From UHGV virus genome UHGV-1370141: 64,000 nt of DNA; one strand, written 5' to 3'. This stretch comes from a virus. How positions within the stretch are numbered: position 1 is the first letter of the stretch; every line of letters starts with the position of its first letter. A program made the translations under genes and the position numbers. Positions 8,930 through 18,900 of the stretch are shown here, in pieces. The notes under the pieces were generated by a model that saw only the letters and a program-made list of their open reading frames with translations, searched no databases and was not told the origin of the DNA.

Positions 8930-9508
8930 TTAAACGTCGAATCGATACTGACGAGAATTGATTAAGAATTCTGTATTCAGTTCAATCCATTCGAGCAGGT
9001 CACCCAGTTGTAAACGACTTGGGTTTTCTAACTCGATAGTGGCAACCGGATAAGAGTTTACTAATTCCGTAATTGCCTCAATACCTTCTTGCGTTCCATC
9101 GTCTTCTAAGGTAATTATAAACGGCATATCGGTACGCTCTGCGTTCGGGTTATACAGACTGACTTTCGTTGCCTGTACAAACGCCGAGTAATCGTCACGC
9201 ATGATTCTAATGTCAGGCGCTAACGTTACCCAGAGGTGTTGTCCCGGTTGGAGTTTACGTTTTGCGTAGTTTAAGAACGGATTAGCCGGTAAGTTTTCCA
9301 AACCACTGCAAATGTTCCGTAAATGAATTCCTCGCGGGTCTTTATAGTCCACAGTGAAAATTCCTACCGGTTCACGGTCTGCCTGTTTTACCAGAAAGGC
9401 CAATACCGTGTCCGCTCTCTCTGGTAAGGAAAGCTCTATTCCCTCAAGCTCCCCGTCGACGAGGTTTTCCAACCAAACGTCTTTTCTCATTTCTATTAAT
9501 CGGTACAC
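8930..9508 (-). CDS. Hypothetical protein
   Basis: 192 aa; GTG start with AGAGGTGG RBS. Confidence 0.5.
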   Translation of the reverse strand: MYRLIEMRKDVWLENLVDGELEGIELSLPERADTVLAFLVKQADREPVGIFTVDYKDPRGIHLRNICSGLENLPANPFLNYAKRKLQPGQHLWVTLAPDIRIMRDDYSAFVQATKVSLYNPNAERTDMPFIITLEDDGTQEGIEAITELVNSYPVATIELENPSRLQLGDLLEWIELNTEFLINSRQYRFDV

Positions 9509-9520
9509 GGTACCACCTCT

Positions 9521-10294
9521 TTAGTTATTGAGATTTACATCTGCGATAAACAACAATTGTTTGCCGTGTTGCTGTACTTCTTTCCAACCTAATTTCATAG
9601 CAGTATCAACAACATCAACCATGCTGTAACGGGACATCAAAGATTCTGATTTTGTTCCTGACATTAAGTAAAGTGGCTCATTAGGGCTACGGTCACGTGC
9701 GTCAGGAAGTTCACGTACGACTGCCGAGCCTTCGGGTACGGTAACAAGATGAATCACGGTAAATGGCCTCTTGTGCGTTAAATAGATACGAAATCCAACG
9801 TGTTCAGATTCATGAAAGATTTTCCTCACAACCACATCTTTCAGTGTTGTTTGAACATCAGCCCCAGGCAATATCATGGATTCGCGTGAAACGAAACAAC
9901 GACTATTTTCAATTGTGGAGAAATAATTACGTAGCGGTAAACTGGCGTTATTATCGCGCAGTCTTTTGCTTAAACGGTCGTAATCCATTTCTTTAACTTC
10001 TTCTAACCATGCGTAGGCACGTTCAACGTAGTACAGACCAACAGCGCGATAAGTTAATACTTTGCCTGTGGCCACTTGCCAGAGCTTAACGGTTAGCGTA
10101 TCAGGTTTATATCGCCGATATTCTCCGCGTGTATAAGTGATACGTTGATAAAGACCCACGTCTTCTGTTGGCGCGGATTCGACCGATTGTAATTGCAGCG
10201 TTCGATGAAATCTATCGTCTAGCAACAATGAAGCCAGCGAACCTTTAACCATATACGGTTCAGATTTAAAGAGGTCGTCTAAATGAATTTTCAT
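9521..10294 (-). CDS. Hypothetical protein, paralog family with conserved C-terminal GW..V...G.QLLF.A motif
   Basis: 257 aa; C-terminus LGWKEVQQHGKQLLFIADV. Confidence 0.55.
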   Translation of the reverse strand: MKIHLDDLFKSEPYMVKGSLASLLLDDRFHRTLQLQSVESAPTEDVGLYQRITYTRGEYRRYKPDTLTVKLWQVATGKVLTYRAVGLYYVERAYAWLEEVKEMDYDRLSKRLRDNNASLPLRNYFSTIENSRCFVSRESMILPGADVQTTLKDVVVRKIFHESEHVGFRIYLTHKRPFTVIHLVTVPEGSAVVRELPDARDRSPNEPLYLMSGTKSESLMSRYSMVDVVDTAMKLGWKEVQQHGKQLLFIADVNLNN

Positions 10295-10361
10295 TTCTAT
10301 TTCCTTCTTAACAAAAGCCGCGACTAAAGCGCGGCAGTTAGAGAAAGTGTATTTTCACTTA

Positions 10362-11513
10362 TTAAAGGTCAGCAACAAACAGCAGCTGATTGCCGTACGG
10401 TTCGACAGATTTCCAACCGTAATCTTTACCGATCGTCGTTAGATGACCGGTATTTAACTTTTTGTCAACCATTCGCAGACGCATCATTAGCGTATTGGAT
10501 TCTGCCGCATCGAGTAATAACGCAGGTTCTTTTTCAGTGCGGTCATCTGCTTTCGGGAAGAAACTGTAATATTGACTTTTGGGCAGATCGATTGACAACG
10601 TATAATTTTTCTTTGTAACGAATAACGCCATCCCTTCGAAATTGCAATCGAAGCGATATTCCCAACCCGCTTCTGCTAAAACGTCCTTTAGCATCTCCAT
10701 GACTTTAAGCTGGTTAACGCTAGGCAGTCGGTAGATTGCAAGACCACTTGGGAAAATGCGTATACCGTCGACGACACTATCGGTGGTTTCGTCAATAAGT
10801 TCAGGATAGCGTTGTGAGAAAATGTGATCGCTCTTGCTTTTCTCTTCGACGTCACGAATGAATTGGGCTAATTCGTCTTTTAAGGCAGACATTTGATTTT
10901 CTCCTTTGTCTTCAATAATCAGGTGGGGTTCGCCGCTAACTAAAATGTGGTAAACAATGTCGTCGGTAGAACGGTAAGTGAGCTTGATAGCTTTATCACT
11001 TAACATTTCGTAGCGGAAGAAGCTTTCGTACCAGCTTGAGCCGAAATCGTTTTGTGTGAGTTCCTGCTCAACTTTGATGGTTTTTGCTTCAAAGCCAATT
11101 AACCCGCTTAATAACGCGAGTTCTGGTTTAGTTAAAATAGCTGCGCCGTGAAAGGACACTTGTTCAAGCTGAAAACATAAATTACTGACTTTACCACTTG
11201 GGAAGACTTTAAACATAATCTTCCGGTTGCTACTCTTTTCTCTAACAACGAGTTTACGGTAATTTAGTCCAGAATTTGTGTAAGCCGTGAACTGGTAACC
11301 TTCAATTTCTTCGTCGTAAGTACAGACATCGACAGGCGCGATAATCTCATCGTATTCACTCAGTACACAGCAGCCCAAGTTATAACCAAACAACTCGCGT
11401 TGTAATGAAGACTCGATGGTTAAGCTTGGCAGTGGCCATGTCCGATTATAGCATCTGTCCATCAGTTCTTTTAGGATCTTGACATGCCCTGGTTTAGAAA
11501 TAATATTTCGCAT
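10362..11513 (-). CDS. Hypothetical protein, same paralog family
   Basis: 383 aa; C-terminus YGWKSVEPYGNQLLFVADL. Confidence 0.55.
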   Translation of the reverse strand: MRNIISKPGHVKILKELMDRCYNRTWPLPSLTIESSLQRELFGYNLGCCVLSEYDEIIAPVDVCTYDEEIEGYQFTAYTNSGLNYRKLVVREKSSNRKIMFKVFPSGKVSNLCFQLEQVSFHGAAILTKPELALLSGLIGFEAKTIKVEQELTQNDFGSSWYESFFRYEMLSDKAIKLTYRSTDDIVYHILVSGEPHLIIEDKGENQMSALKDELAQFIRDVEEKSKSDHIFSQRYPELIDETTDSVVDGIRIFPSGLAIYRLPSVNQLKVMEMLKDVLAEAGWEYRFDCNFEGMALFVTKKNYTLSIDLPKSQYYSFFPKADDRTEKEPALLLDAAESNTLMMRLRMVDKKLNTGHLTTIGKDYGWKSVEPYGNQLLFVADL

Positions 11514-11541
11514 TTTTACTCTCCTTTAGGGTTTTCGTTAC

Positions 11542-12081
11542 TTAAACATCAAAAGCTAAGAACAACAGTTGCTGACCGAGTTTGCGCACAGTATGCCAGC
11601 CGTGCGCTTTTGCTGTTTCTACTAACGTTTCCCAATCGTCAACGTTACAACCGTCTTTTTTCAGTTTTGTAAGTAGTGTCTCTGCTTCTTTATCTGTCAA
11701 CAATAATCCTGGGTTACTTAACGTAGACGTAAGTGGGTTAGGGAAATATGCGTAGCGTCTTGCGAAAGTAAAGTTCACGAGATAACGTGCTTTCCCCGTG
11801 TCTAGAAGCGTAACAACATCCACGCCGCCGTCGTAGGACGCGCTCGTCACTTTCCATCCTGTACCGGAAAACAGTTGACTGAATAATTTGGTAAAGATAT
11901 CCCCGGAACCGCGATGATAAAGCACAGCATCTTCGTTGATTTTTTCTATTTCAATACCAGTGATCGTTGTACCCGGTTGAATAACGTTAGACAATATACT
12001 GTACGGGCTTTCAAAACGATGTTTACCCACACCCAGGTTAACAAACTTAATAGCTTGTTGTTTCATTTCGATACTAACCAT
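11542..12081 (-). CDS. Hypothetical protein, same paralog family
   Basis: 179 aa; C-terminus HGWHTVRKLGQQLLFLAFDV. Confidence 0.55.
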   Translation of the reverse strand: MVSIEMKQQAIKFVNLGVGKHRFESPYSILSNVIQPGTTITGIEIEKINEDAVLYHRGSGDIFTKLFSQLFSGTGWKVTSASYDGGVDVVTLLDTGKARYLVNFTFARRYAYFPNPLTSTLSNPGLLLTDKEAETLLTKLKKDGCNVDDWETLVETAKAHGWHTVRKLGQQLLFLAFDV

Positions 12082-12108
12082 GATATTTTCTCCTTTAGGT
12101 TTTTTTAC

Positions 12109-12948
12109 TTACGCGGTTTTAATTAACAGCAGATAGTCCTTCGTAATCTCAGCACAACCCCACCCTCTCATCGCGGCGATTTTACGAAGATCAATTTTCT
12201 CGTGATATTTCAATAAGGGATCGTCCGGGTTAATTTCAACCAGGTGTGTGGCTTTAGAAATCGTTTCCACATCTGGTATTTGTTTTGCTAAGTCCGATGC
12301 AATTAGTTCAATAACGCGGTATCCGTTTAACACAGAAACATAAATGCGTAAACCATATAGCGTGCCCTCGTCTTCTAATGGACAAAGATCGATGCCGGGT
12401 CCAAGCAGTGATAACTCGACGTTATCGGGAAGGTTTTCTGCATTTCGGAGTAACCCTATCCCATTTCTAAACAGAGGGAAGTAAGAGAATAGTGGTGGTA
12501 AAGCCCAACCATTCCCAATAAGCACATCAGCGATACTCGTAGGTGTGTTCGCAAGAAGACGAATGTGGTCAGCCACAACTTCAAGTTCGGCATCACTGAT
12601 CAACTTATAGATTAACATGACACTGGTTTCGGTATTAATAACAAAGAAGACGCGGTTGGCGTAACTGCCTATCACGTATTCGTCAATCATACAGTCGATA
12701 ACGTCACTGTCTGGATAATCTTCAGGTTTAATTGTTCCAGCATCGATTAACTTAGCAGGTTGCGATTGTTTTAATAGTTCTTTAACCACCGTAGAAGAAA
12801 GTTCTAAACTGGTGTTGGTAAAGATATCGTCTAACAATTCTCTCATGGGGTTTATTCTCCTAAAAAGGGATAAGGAAGTCACTACGTTCCTCTGGGAAGA
12901 GTATGTCGGTATACTACGTATACCTCCGCTATTTATATCCGTATACAT
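12109..12948 (-). CDS. Hypothetical protein, possible distant member of same family
   Basis: 279 aa; C-terminus MRGWGCAEITKDYLLLIKTA. Confidence 0.5.
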   Translation of the reverse strand: MYTDINSGGIRSIPTYSSQRNVVTSLSLFRRINPMRELLDDIFTNTSLELSSTVVKELLKQSQPAKLIDAGTIKPEDYPDSDVIDCMIDEYVIGSYANRVFFVINTETSVMLIYKLISDAELEVVADHIRLLANTPTSIADVLIGNGWALPPLFSYFPLFRNGIGLLRNAENLPDNVELSLLGPGIDLCPLEDEGTLYGLRIYVSVLNGYRVIELIASDLAKQIPDVETISKATHLVEINPDDPLLKYHEKIDLRKIAAMRGWGCAEITKDYLLLIKTA

Positions 12949-13024
12949 AATGCCCCCTACCCCCTACCGGTATCCCGAGTAGCAGAATAAAGGGACAATC
13001 TGTAAATTTTAAGTAATACTATGA

Positions 13025-13102
13025 TTACCGTGGTAGATAAGGTGAATAGTGACGGAAGAGTCTCACTACCTCTTCGATACCGTCTTTCTGTTCAGCGAAC
13101 AT
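13025..13102 (-). CDS. Possible 25-aa micro-ORF
   Basis: Own translation MFAEQKDGIEEVVRLFRHYSPYLPR; GGAGG 5 nt before ATG; lies between promoter-like motif and 12109..12948. Confidence 0.2.
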   Translation of the reverse strand: MFAEQKDGIEEVVRLFRHYSPYLPR

Positions 13103-13180
13103 GGTAGCCTCCACTATTGTTAGTATCCGTTTCGAAAAGAAACGTGCCCATAGGGGTTGAAGTGCGAGTTCAACCCCTAT

Positions 13181-13203
13181 TCACTTAAGTAAAATATATC
13201 TGA
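13181..13203 (-). promoter_or_regulatory. Conserved promoter-like motif, copy 2 of 4 (diverged)
   Basis: Minus strand TCAGATATATTTTACTTAAGTGA in the divergent intergenic region; a 10-bp hairpin (13151-13180) lies adjacent. Confidence 0.35.
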
Positions 13204-13231
13204 ATCTATTTCCGATCTAAGGAACGACCTA

Positions 13232-14197
13232 ATGGAGAAATCCAGCGTTGATTTTTTCTCAATTGGTATCGTCGCGGAAGACAAACCCCGTGGTACAGAT
13301 CGGGTAAAAGTGATACCAATTGAAACCAACTTTGCGAACCCTACCGTTGTACAATCGGTTTCCTCAACCGCTGAAAAGGTACACGATACTGGGGGTGCTA
13401 CTGACAACCTAACGATTAAAACAGGTAACACGATTACCGCAAAGTGGTGGAAGTTTAATTCCAACCGAATTAATTCCCCAGACGTTAAGCGAGAAGATTA
13501 CGTTATCTTGCTACGTCTAGGGCAAACCGATATTTATTTTTGGATTGATCTGAATTTTGCTAACGTTAAGCGATTAGAAGATGCGGTTTACGCGTGGTCT
13601 GCTGACCCTGAAAACCAGATGGCGGATGACTTGTCGAATGCGTATGTGTTAAACGTCTCAACGATTGACAAACACGTTACCCTAAGAACAAGTATGGTGA
13701 ACGGGGAGAAAGCGGCGTGGTTATTCCAATTCGATAACGCTAACGGGTCGTGGCAGTGCGTTGACCATAAAGGGAATAAGTATTACATTAACTCGGTGGA
13801 AGACGATTTAGGTTTTGAGAACGCGATGCTTTCGAAAGTGAACATCAACAAAGAAGATGCATTCATTTACGCAAAACGTTCGATTAACCTGGAAACGAAA
13901 ACGATTAATGAGAAATGCGAAGTTCGGAATACCGAAGCGTCGAAATCGGTTACCTTTAAAACAGAAACCTGGCTAACTGAAGCTTCTGGTTCAACAACGT
14001 ATAAAACGCCGAACTTCAAGCAAGAAGGTAATGAAGCGATGTTCACCGGTAATTTGGAAGTTGCTAAGAACTTCAAATACGGTGGTACGGGCGAAGGCGT
14101 GGGTATCTTTACGGTTAAGGATGCGGTTATTTCCGGTATTACCTTCAGCGTACACATCCATGACGGCGTCCATGGCCCAACTTCAGGCCCACGCTGA
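13232..14197 (+). CDS. Hypothetical protein (first gene of the rightward block)
   Basis: 321 aa; AAGGA RBS 8 nt before ATG. Confidence 0.6.
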   Translation: MEKSSVDFFSIGIVAEDKPRGTDRVKVIPIETNFANPTVVQSVSSTAEKVHDTGGATDNLTIKTGNTITAKWWKFNSNRINSPDVKREDYVILLRLGQTDIYFWIDLNFANVKRLEDAVYAWSADPENQMADDLSNAYVLNVSTIDKHVTLRTSMVNGEKAAWLFQFDNANGSWQCVDHKGNKYYINSVEDDLGFENAMLSKVNINKEDAFIYAKRSINLETKTINEKCEVRNTEASKSVTFKTETWLTEASGSTTYKTPNFKQEGNEAMFTGNLEVAKNFKYGGTGEGVGIFTVKDAVISGITFSVHIHDGVHGPTSGPR

Positions 14198-14315
14198 TTT
14201 CCCCTTTTTCTTACGTTGGTATTATATATTGTGACCTGACGTTGGTAAGCTTCTTATCAACACTTTTCTTAAACCTCATCGTTTAGTTAAGCAGGCCACT
14301 TTTTTCGCGCACTCA

Positions 14316-14335
14316 CTCCTCCCTTCGGGGAGGAG
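14316..14335 (+). promoter_or_regulatory. Stable UUCG-tetraloop RNA hairpin in 5' leader
   Basis: CTCCTCCC-ttcg-GGGAGGAG perfect 8-bp stem, no trailing T-run, 60 nt before 14397 start. Confidence 0.3.
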
Positions 14336-14396
14336 CTATCTTATGCTTTGGTTGTAACACGATACAGTCCTTCCTTTCTTTAACTGGAGAGTAGCT

Positions 14397-14606
14397 ATGG
14401 CTATTAAAGAATTCTCTTCTGCTGAACACATTCCTGAAGAGTTCAAGAAAATTGGTAACGTAAGCGCTTTCGGTGATACCGTAGACGACGTTACTGCTAA
14501 GCTGGCTGTCGAAGCTGAAAAGATCGGCGGTGAAGCGTTTAAAGTTATCGGTATTTCCGGTAACAACAAACTGCACGGTAACGCGATTGTCTACAAAAAA
14601 GACTAA
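14397..14606 (+). CDS. DUF1471 (YdgH/BhsA/McbA-like) domain protein lacking a signal peptide
   Basis: KKIGNVSAFGDTVDDVTAKLAVEAEKIGGEAFKVIGISGNNKLHGNAIVYKK matches the BhsA-type pattern ending ...HGTAVIYK; GGAGA RBS. Confidence 0.55.
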   Translation: MAIKEFSSAEHIPEEFKKIGNVSAFGDTVDDVTAKLAVEAEKIGGEAFKVIGISGNNKLHGNAIVYKKD

Positions 14607-14607
14607 G

Positions 14608-14664
14608 TGAAAAAAAAACGTGCTACTCCTACCCTCTAAGAGGGTAGGAGGTTACTTATTTTTT
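14608..14664. terminator. Bidirectional intrinsic terminator between convergent genes
   Basis: A9 run, 10-bp perfect hairpin CTCCTACCCT-ctaag-AGGGTAGGAG, then T7 run. Confidence 0.7.
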
Positions 14665-15918
14665 TCTTGCACGGAAACGATGCATTTCCAAATAGACTTT
14701 TTCCCAGGGACCGAAAGGCCCTACGATTGCCTGTGCATCGTTAATTTTCTTCTGGTTATACCAACGGGCCTCACGGAACACGTAGTTTTGACTGTCGAAT
14801 TCCGTGGTGTTAAATACCCATTCCCCTTCTTCCCACGTCGGCCAGTAACCAACGGTTTTACCGAAGCGGTTTAACAGATAACCCAGTTGTTTTTCCCCAT
14901 CAGGGTCATTAGGATCTTTAAGGTATAAACGTCCCCAGATAGCGTTGTGAGAAACCCCCACAACTTCTTCTTCCAGATACGGATTATCCACCGTAAAGAT
15001 AAACGACGACTCGTGGGTTAAAAGCGCCTTTAACGTTTCTGGGTTGCGGATACGCTGTACGCTGGTCGGGGATGACAGATCGCCAACGCCGATGCTATCC
15101 CAGTCGTAATAACGTCGGGTTTCTAGCACAGTACGCGCAACGTCAAAGTTCGGTAACGAGACCATAATGGCTTTGTCGGAGAAGTACCCAGTAACCGGTA
15201 ACCAGTGTATCAGACCCCCGATAACAAACCCCACGGTTTTACCCGTAATAGATTCCGGTAAAGAAATCATTAACGTGGAATAATAGTCACGGGTGGTGTC
15301 GAGTTTGTTTAAGGTCAAGTTAGCAATGGGGTACGTTTTAACATTCCCCAACTTACTAAAGACCATGCACCCGATATCCGGTGTCCCTGCACGACGTACT
15401 ATCTTACCCGCACCCGGTAAACGTACACCAACAGTATCCGACTGATGTGGTACCCATTGACCGTTGATGTTGTACAACACCCCGTTACGGTATTTGTCTT
15501 TCCATTTATCTTCGCAAACAATCACAACGTCGTCAGCATCGTCTATACTGAAATTTTGACTGTAGTGATAACCGGGAGGACACAGATAAGTTTCTACTGG
15601 AACATCAGCATTAATCGATTGGTAGTGTGCCCAATCAAACTCTAACGTCGGTAAACCGTCTTTCAACGCAGAGATAACCACACCGGCTTTTTCATTCAGC
15701 CAGTCTTGTAACGTATCGGTACGGTTTTGTAAGTCAGCGAGGTGATATTGGCTAATTAACGTATAGTCTTTACCAAGCGCACTCAGACCGACTTCGAAAA
15801 TATGGTAATCAGAACACAAGGTTTCTAAGGGTTGCGTGACGTCGATGGCTCCCCAGGTACGGGTCTCTCGAGAGAAGCCAAAAGCGCTGTCAGGCCGTAC
15901 TTGATAAGCAGTAGTCAC
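14656..15918 (-). CDS. Hypothetical protein
   Basis: ORF track gives 14656..16134, but that N-terminus overlaps the RBS-supported start of the divergent gene at 15986; proposed GTG start at 15918 preceded by GAGGAAAAGA. Confidence 0.5.
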   Translation of the reverse strand: MTTAYQVRPDSAFGFSRETRTWGAIDVTQPLETLCSDYHIFEVGLSALGKDYTLISQYHLADLQNRTDTLQDWLNEKAGVVISALKDGLPTLEFDWAHYQSINADVPVETYLCPPGYHYSQNFSIDDADDVVIVCEDKWKDKYRNGVLYNINGQWVPHQSDTVGVRLPGAGKIVRRAGTPDIGCMVFSKLGNVKTYPIANLTLNKLDTTRDYYSTLMISLPESITGKTVGFVIGGLIHWLPVTGYFSDKAIMVSLPNFDVARTVLETRRYYDWDSIGVGDLSSPTSVQRIRNPETLKALLTHESSFIFTVDNPYLEEEVVGVSHNAIWGRLYLKDPNDPDGEKQLGYLLNRFGKTVGYWPTWEEGEWVFNTTEFDSQNYVFREARWYNQKKINDAQAIVGPFGPWEKVYLEMHRFRARKK

Positions 15919-15985
15919 AGCTCTTTTCCTCAATAGATTCAAGTCATAGTATGAACTCGACGCCCACGGACTATAGGAGTAGATA

Positions 15986-18900
15986 ATGGCTGTCGTCCTA
16001 GACCCACACTTCAAAGAACCGGGGAATAAAATAACCGGTGAAGCGGTCGCCGTCATTGGTACGAAGTACCGAATGTTGGTACCTGCCCACGCCCCTTTTT
16101 TCACCACATCCCTGGTGGTCAAGAGCGGCGGCAAAATACTGACCTTAGGCGACGATTACGTTATTACACACCCGTACGAGACCGGTATGTTGCGCACAGC
16201 CTATCTCGTGCACGGGATGATTTGGATTGTTAACGACAAATACAAATCGAATTTCACGGTAGATTACCACGCCGTAGGTTGCGGTGAGGCAACCCAAGAA
16301 CAGATTACCGCAGAACGCGAACTCAATAAAGATAAATACCCGTCTGCGTGTCAATGGGATACCGTTATCGGCGACGTTTACTTTCCACCGGTCGACATTC
16401 AGTTCGACTGGGAAAACTGGAAAGGTGAACTGGAATTAATGCAGACCATTGCAGGCTTAGGTGATTCGTTAGGTAACGTGGTGAATCGGGTAGACCCGAT
16501 TGCACGTAACACGTTAGATATCGAGCATCGCGCTAATGGTACGGTTAGCACGTCTGAACAGTACGCAACGTACGACAACAAAGGTGGGTATACTTACAAT
16601 ACCGCTAAACGTCGTTTCTCCGTTACGTACAAAACCACCACGTTAAATGAATATTCCCTGTCGATGAAATACCGTATTCCGGCTATTTTTCCGAATATGG
16701 GGAGTATTAATCCGAACGAACAAATCGATTGGATGTTGTGCTATGCGAATGGTGGCGCAAGTATCCTTCGTCTCCAATTAAAACAACGTAAAATCAGCCT
16801 ACGACTGACGGTCGCGTTAGGCAGTGGTTCGACCGATTATGATTATACGTTAATCAACGGTTTGACCGATGACGAATTAAAAGGCGAATTAACGTTTAGC
16901 GTTGTCCGTCAACCGGGTAACGGTGTATACGTTATCGAGGTGACGACTAACAAACAGTCCATGGACTATACGTTTAACGTCGACACACCGCCAGACGAAT
17001 TCTCAGCAGGTTACAGCAAAACGGATGTTGCGAAGTGGCTGAAATACAAAACCAACGTTAACTTAAACTGGTGGGCGGCTGAAAACGATTACGCTCAATT
17101 CCTTGCGTTACCTGGTGCGCCAGAAGCAGACGTAAGTAACGACGTTTATCAGTTAATCGTTAAGTACCATCAGTTAGTAGAGCAACTCTATCGCAACGCA
17201 CCTGCACACGAACACGTTACACGTAAGGACAACCCGCACAGCGACACGTGGGGACCGATTCGTGCGTTAGAATTAAACGGCATTGCGTCCGACGCAGCGT
17301 TAACCTACGGGAAAACCAAGCGACAGTTAACGGACTACGTTAACGCTAAATACCCAACACAGGCAACGCTAACCACCCAGAGAAAACTGCTTCGAGAATC
17401 GGCGAGCAAGAACGTTAACGGCACGATTACAGCGCTCCCTGGCTTTACGTCATTTACTACTGAAGTCGACCCAGTGTCGATGTCGAAATACGTTAGTCGG
17501 CAATTTAGCGAATATTACGTTTCGAACGGAATTGGATACCACGGAGCACTTCGCTACGCTGGAACTAAAAACGGGTTCTCATGTTATTTTAACGGTGTTC
17601 CCGCTGATTTACAAGACATCGACTTTATTGTAACGGGTACAAGAGTTGCAGGCGATAATTCAGCGATCGGCGTGGCTCAGATGCGATTCTACGAGAATCC
17701 GGGTACCGAGTCCGGTAAGTATGTTGAGCTGGAAGGTTCGCTCTCCGGAGATCGCCTTTCCATCCAAGTATCGCTTGGCGGATATGGTGTCGGTACAGAC
17801 CCACAAGTCCGTTATATCTCCAAAGCACCTGATCCGGTGGTGCCTGCTGGCGATTTCACATTACGTTTCCAGATGAAACGAACCGGTAATCTTTTTGACG
17901 TTATCGTTACGGTGAACGGGAAAACCTACAGTGCGCGTGTCAATTTCGTCAATATGGATGCCGAGTTAGAAGCGCTGGAAAACCGTTATCACTTCAAGAG
18001 CTTTATTAATAACGTTGCAGATAGGGTCAGTATCCAATCTGCTCACAACAGAAACTACGTTACCATCAAAAAGGCTCCTGACGTTGTTGACGAAAGACGT
18101 TTAGGCGCTCAATTCGTTGTTGATCCGAAGTCCATTAAGTTTATCGGTCAAGGTTCTACCGATGTTCATGCGGGTAACAACCCTGTTACGTTACAGGCAG
18201 GCGATAACCAGCTTGTGCTATACCCCGATGACCGTGGACTGTTGTGGCGTGGTAAGAAACTCTTAGACCCCACTACGGTAGCGCCGTATTTGCCGGGTAA
18301 TACCGCAGGCGGTACAGGTCTGTTCTACGGTGCATCTACAGCTACAGTGGAACTTACTGGTAGCGGGATTAAAGCATCGCCGTTTGTCGCAACGTTTATC
18401 CTTCCGGTTGCCGAAGACGTCACGACGTTAGCCTGCTGGCAGTTAACGGATGAATTCGGTACGGCTGAAAACCTTGCAGCTACACCCGCGTTAATTGAAA
18501 AACTGGACGCAGAGTTTACCGGTAAGTTAGTTGCTGCCAAGTCGTACATCAACGACATGCAGCTTACCAGTTCGATTACTATCGACAAAATTACCTTTGG
18601 TTTAGGTAACGTTGCGAATACCCCGGACCTCGATTTGCCGATTTCTGTTGCACAACAGACTGAGTTAGACAAATACTCACCGAAGGTTCACCAACACCCG
18701 TCTTCTGTGTTCGGTGTTGAAAACGCAGACACCACGAAACGGGGTCTGATTAAATTCGGTCTGGAAGTGGATGATACCACTTTAGCACTCGATGGTAGTG
18801 TGGTGATGGCGCAGACTTCCCAGATTGAAAATTTGGAGAATACCGTCGGCGGGGTTGACTCGGGTGCGCGCGTTGACATTATTCGCTTTGGTAAGTCCGG

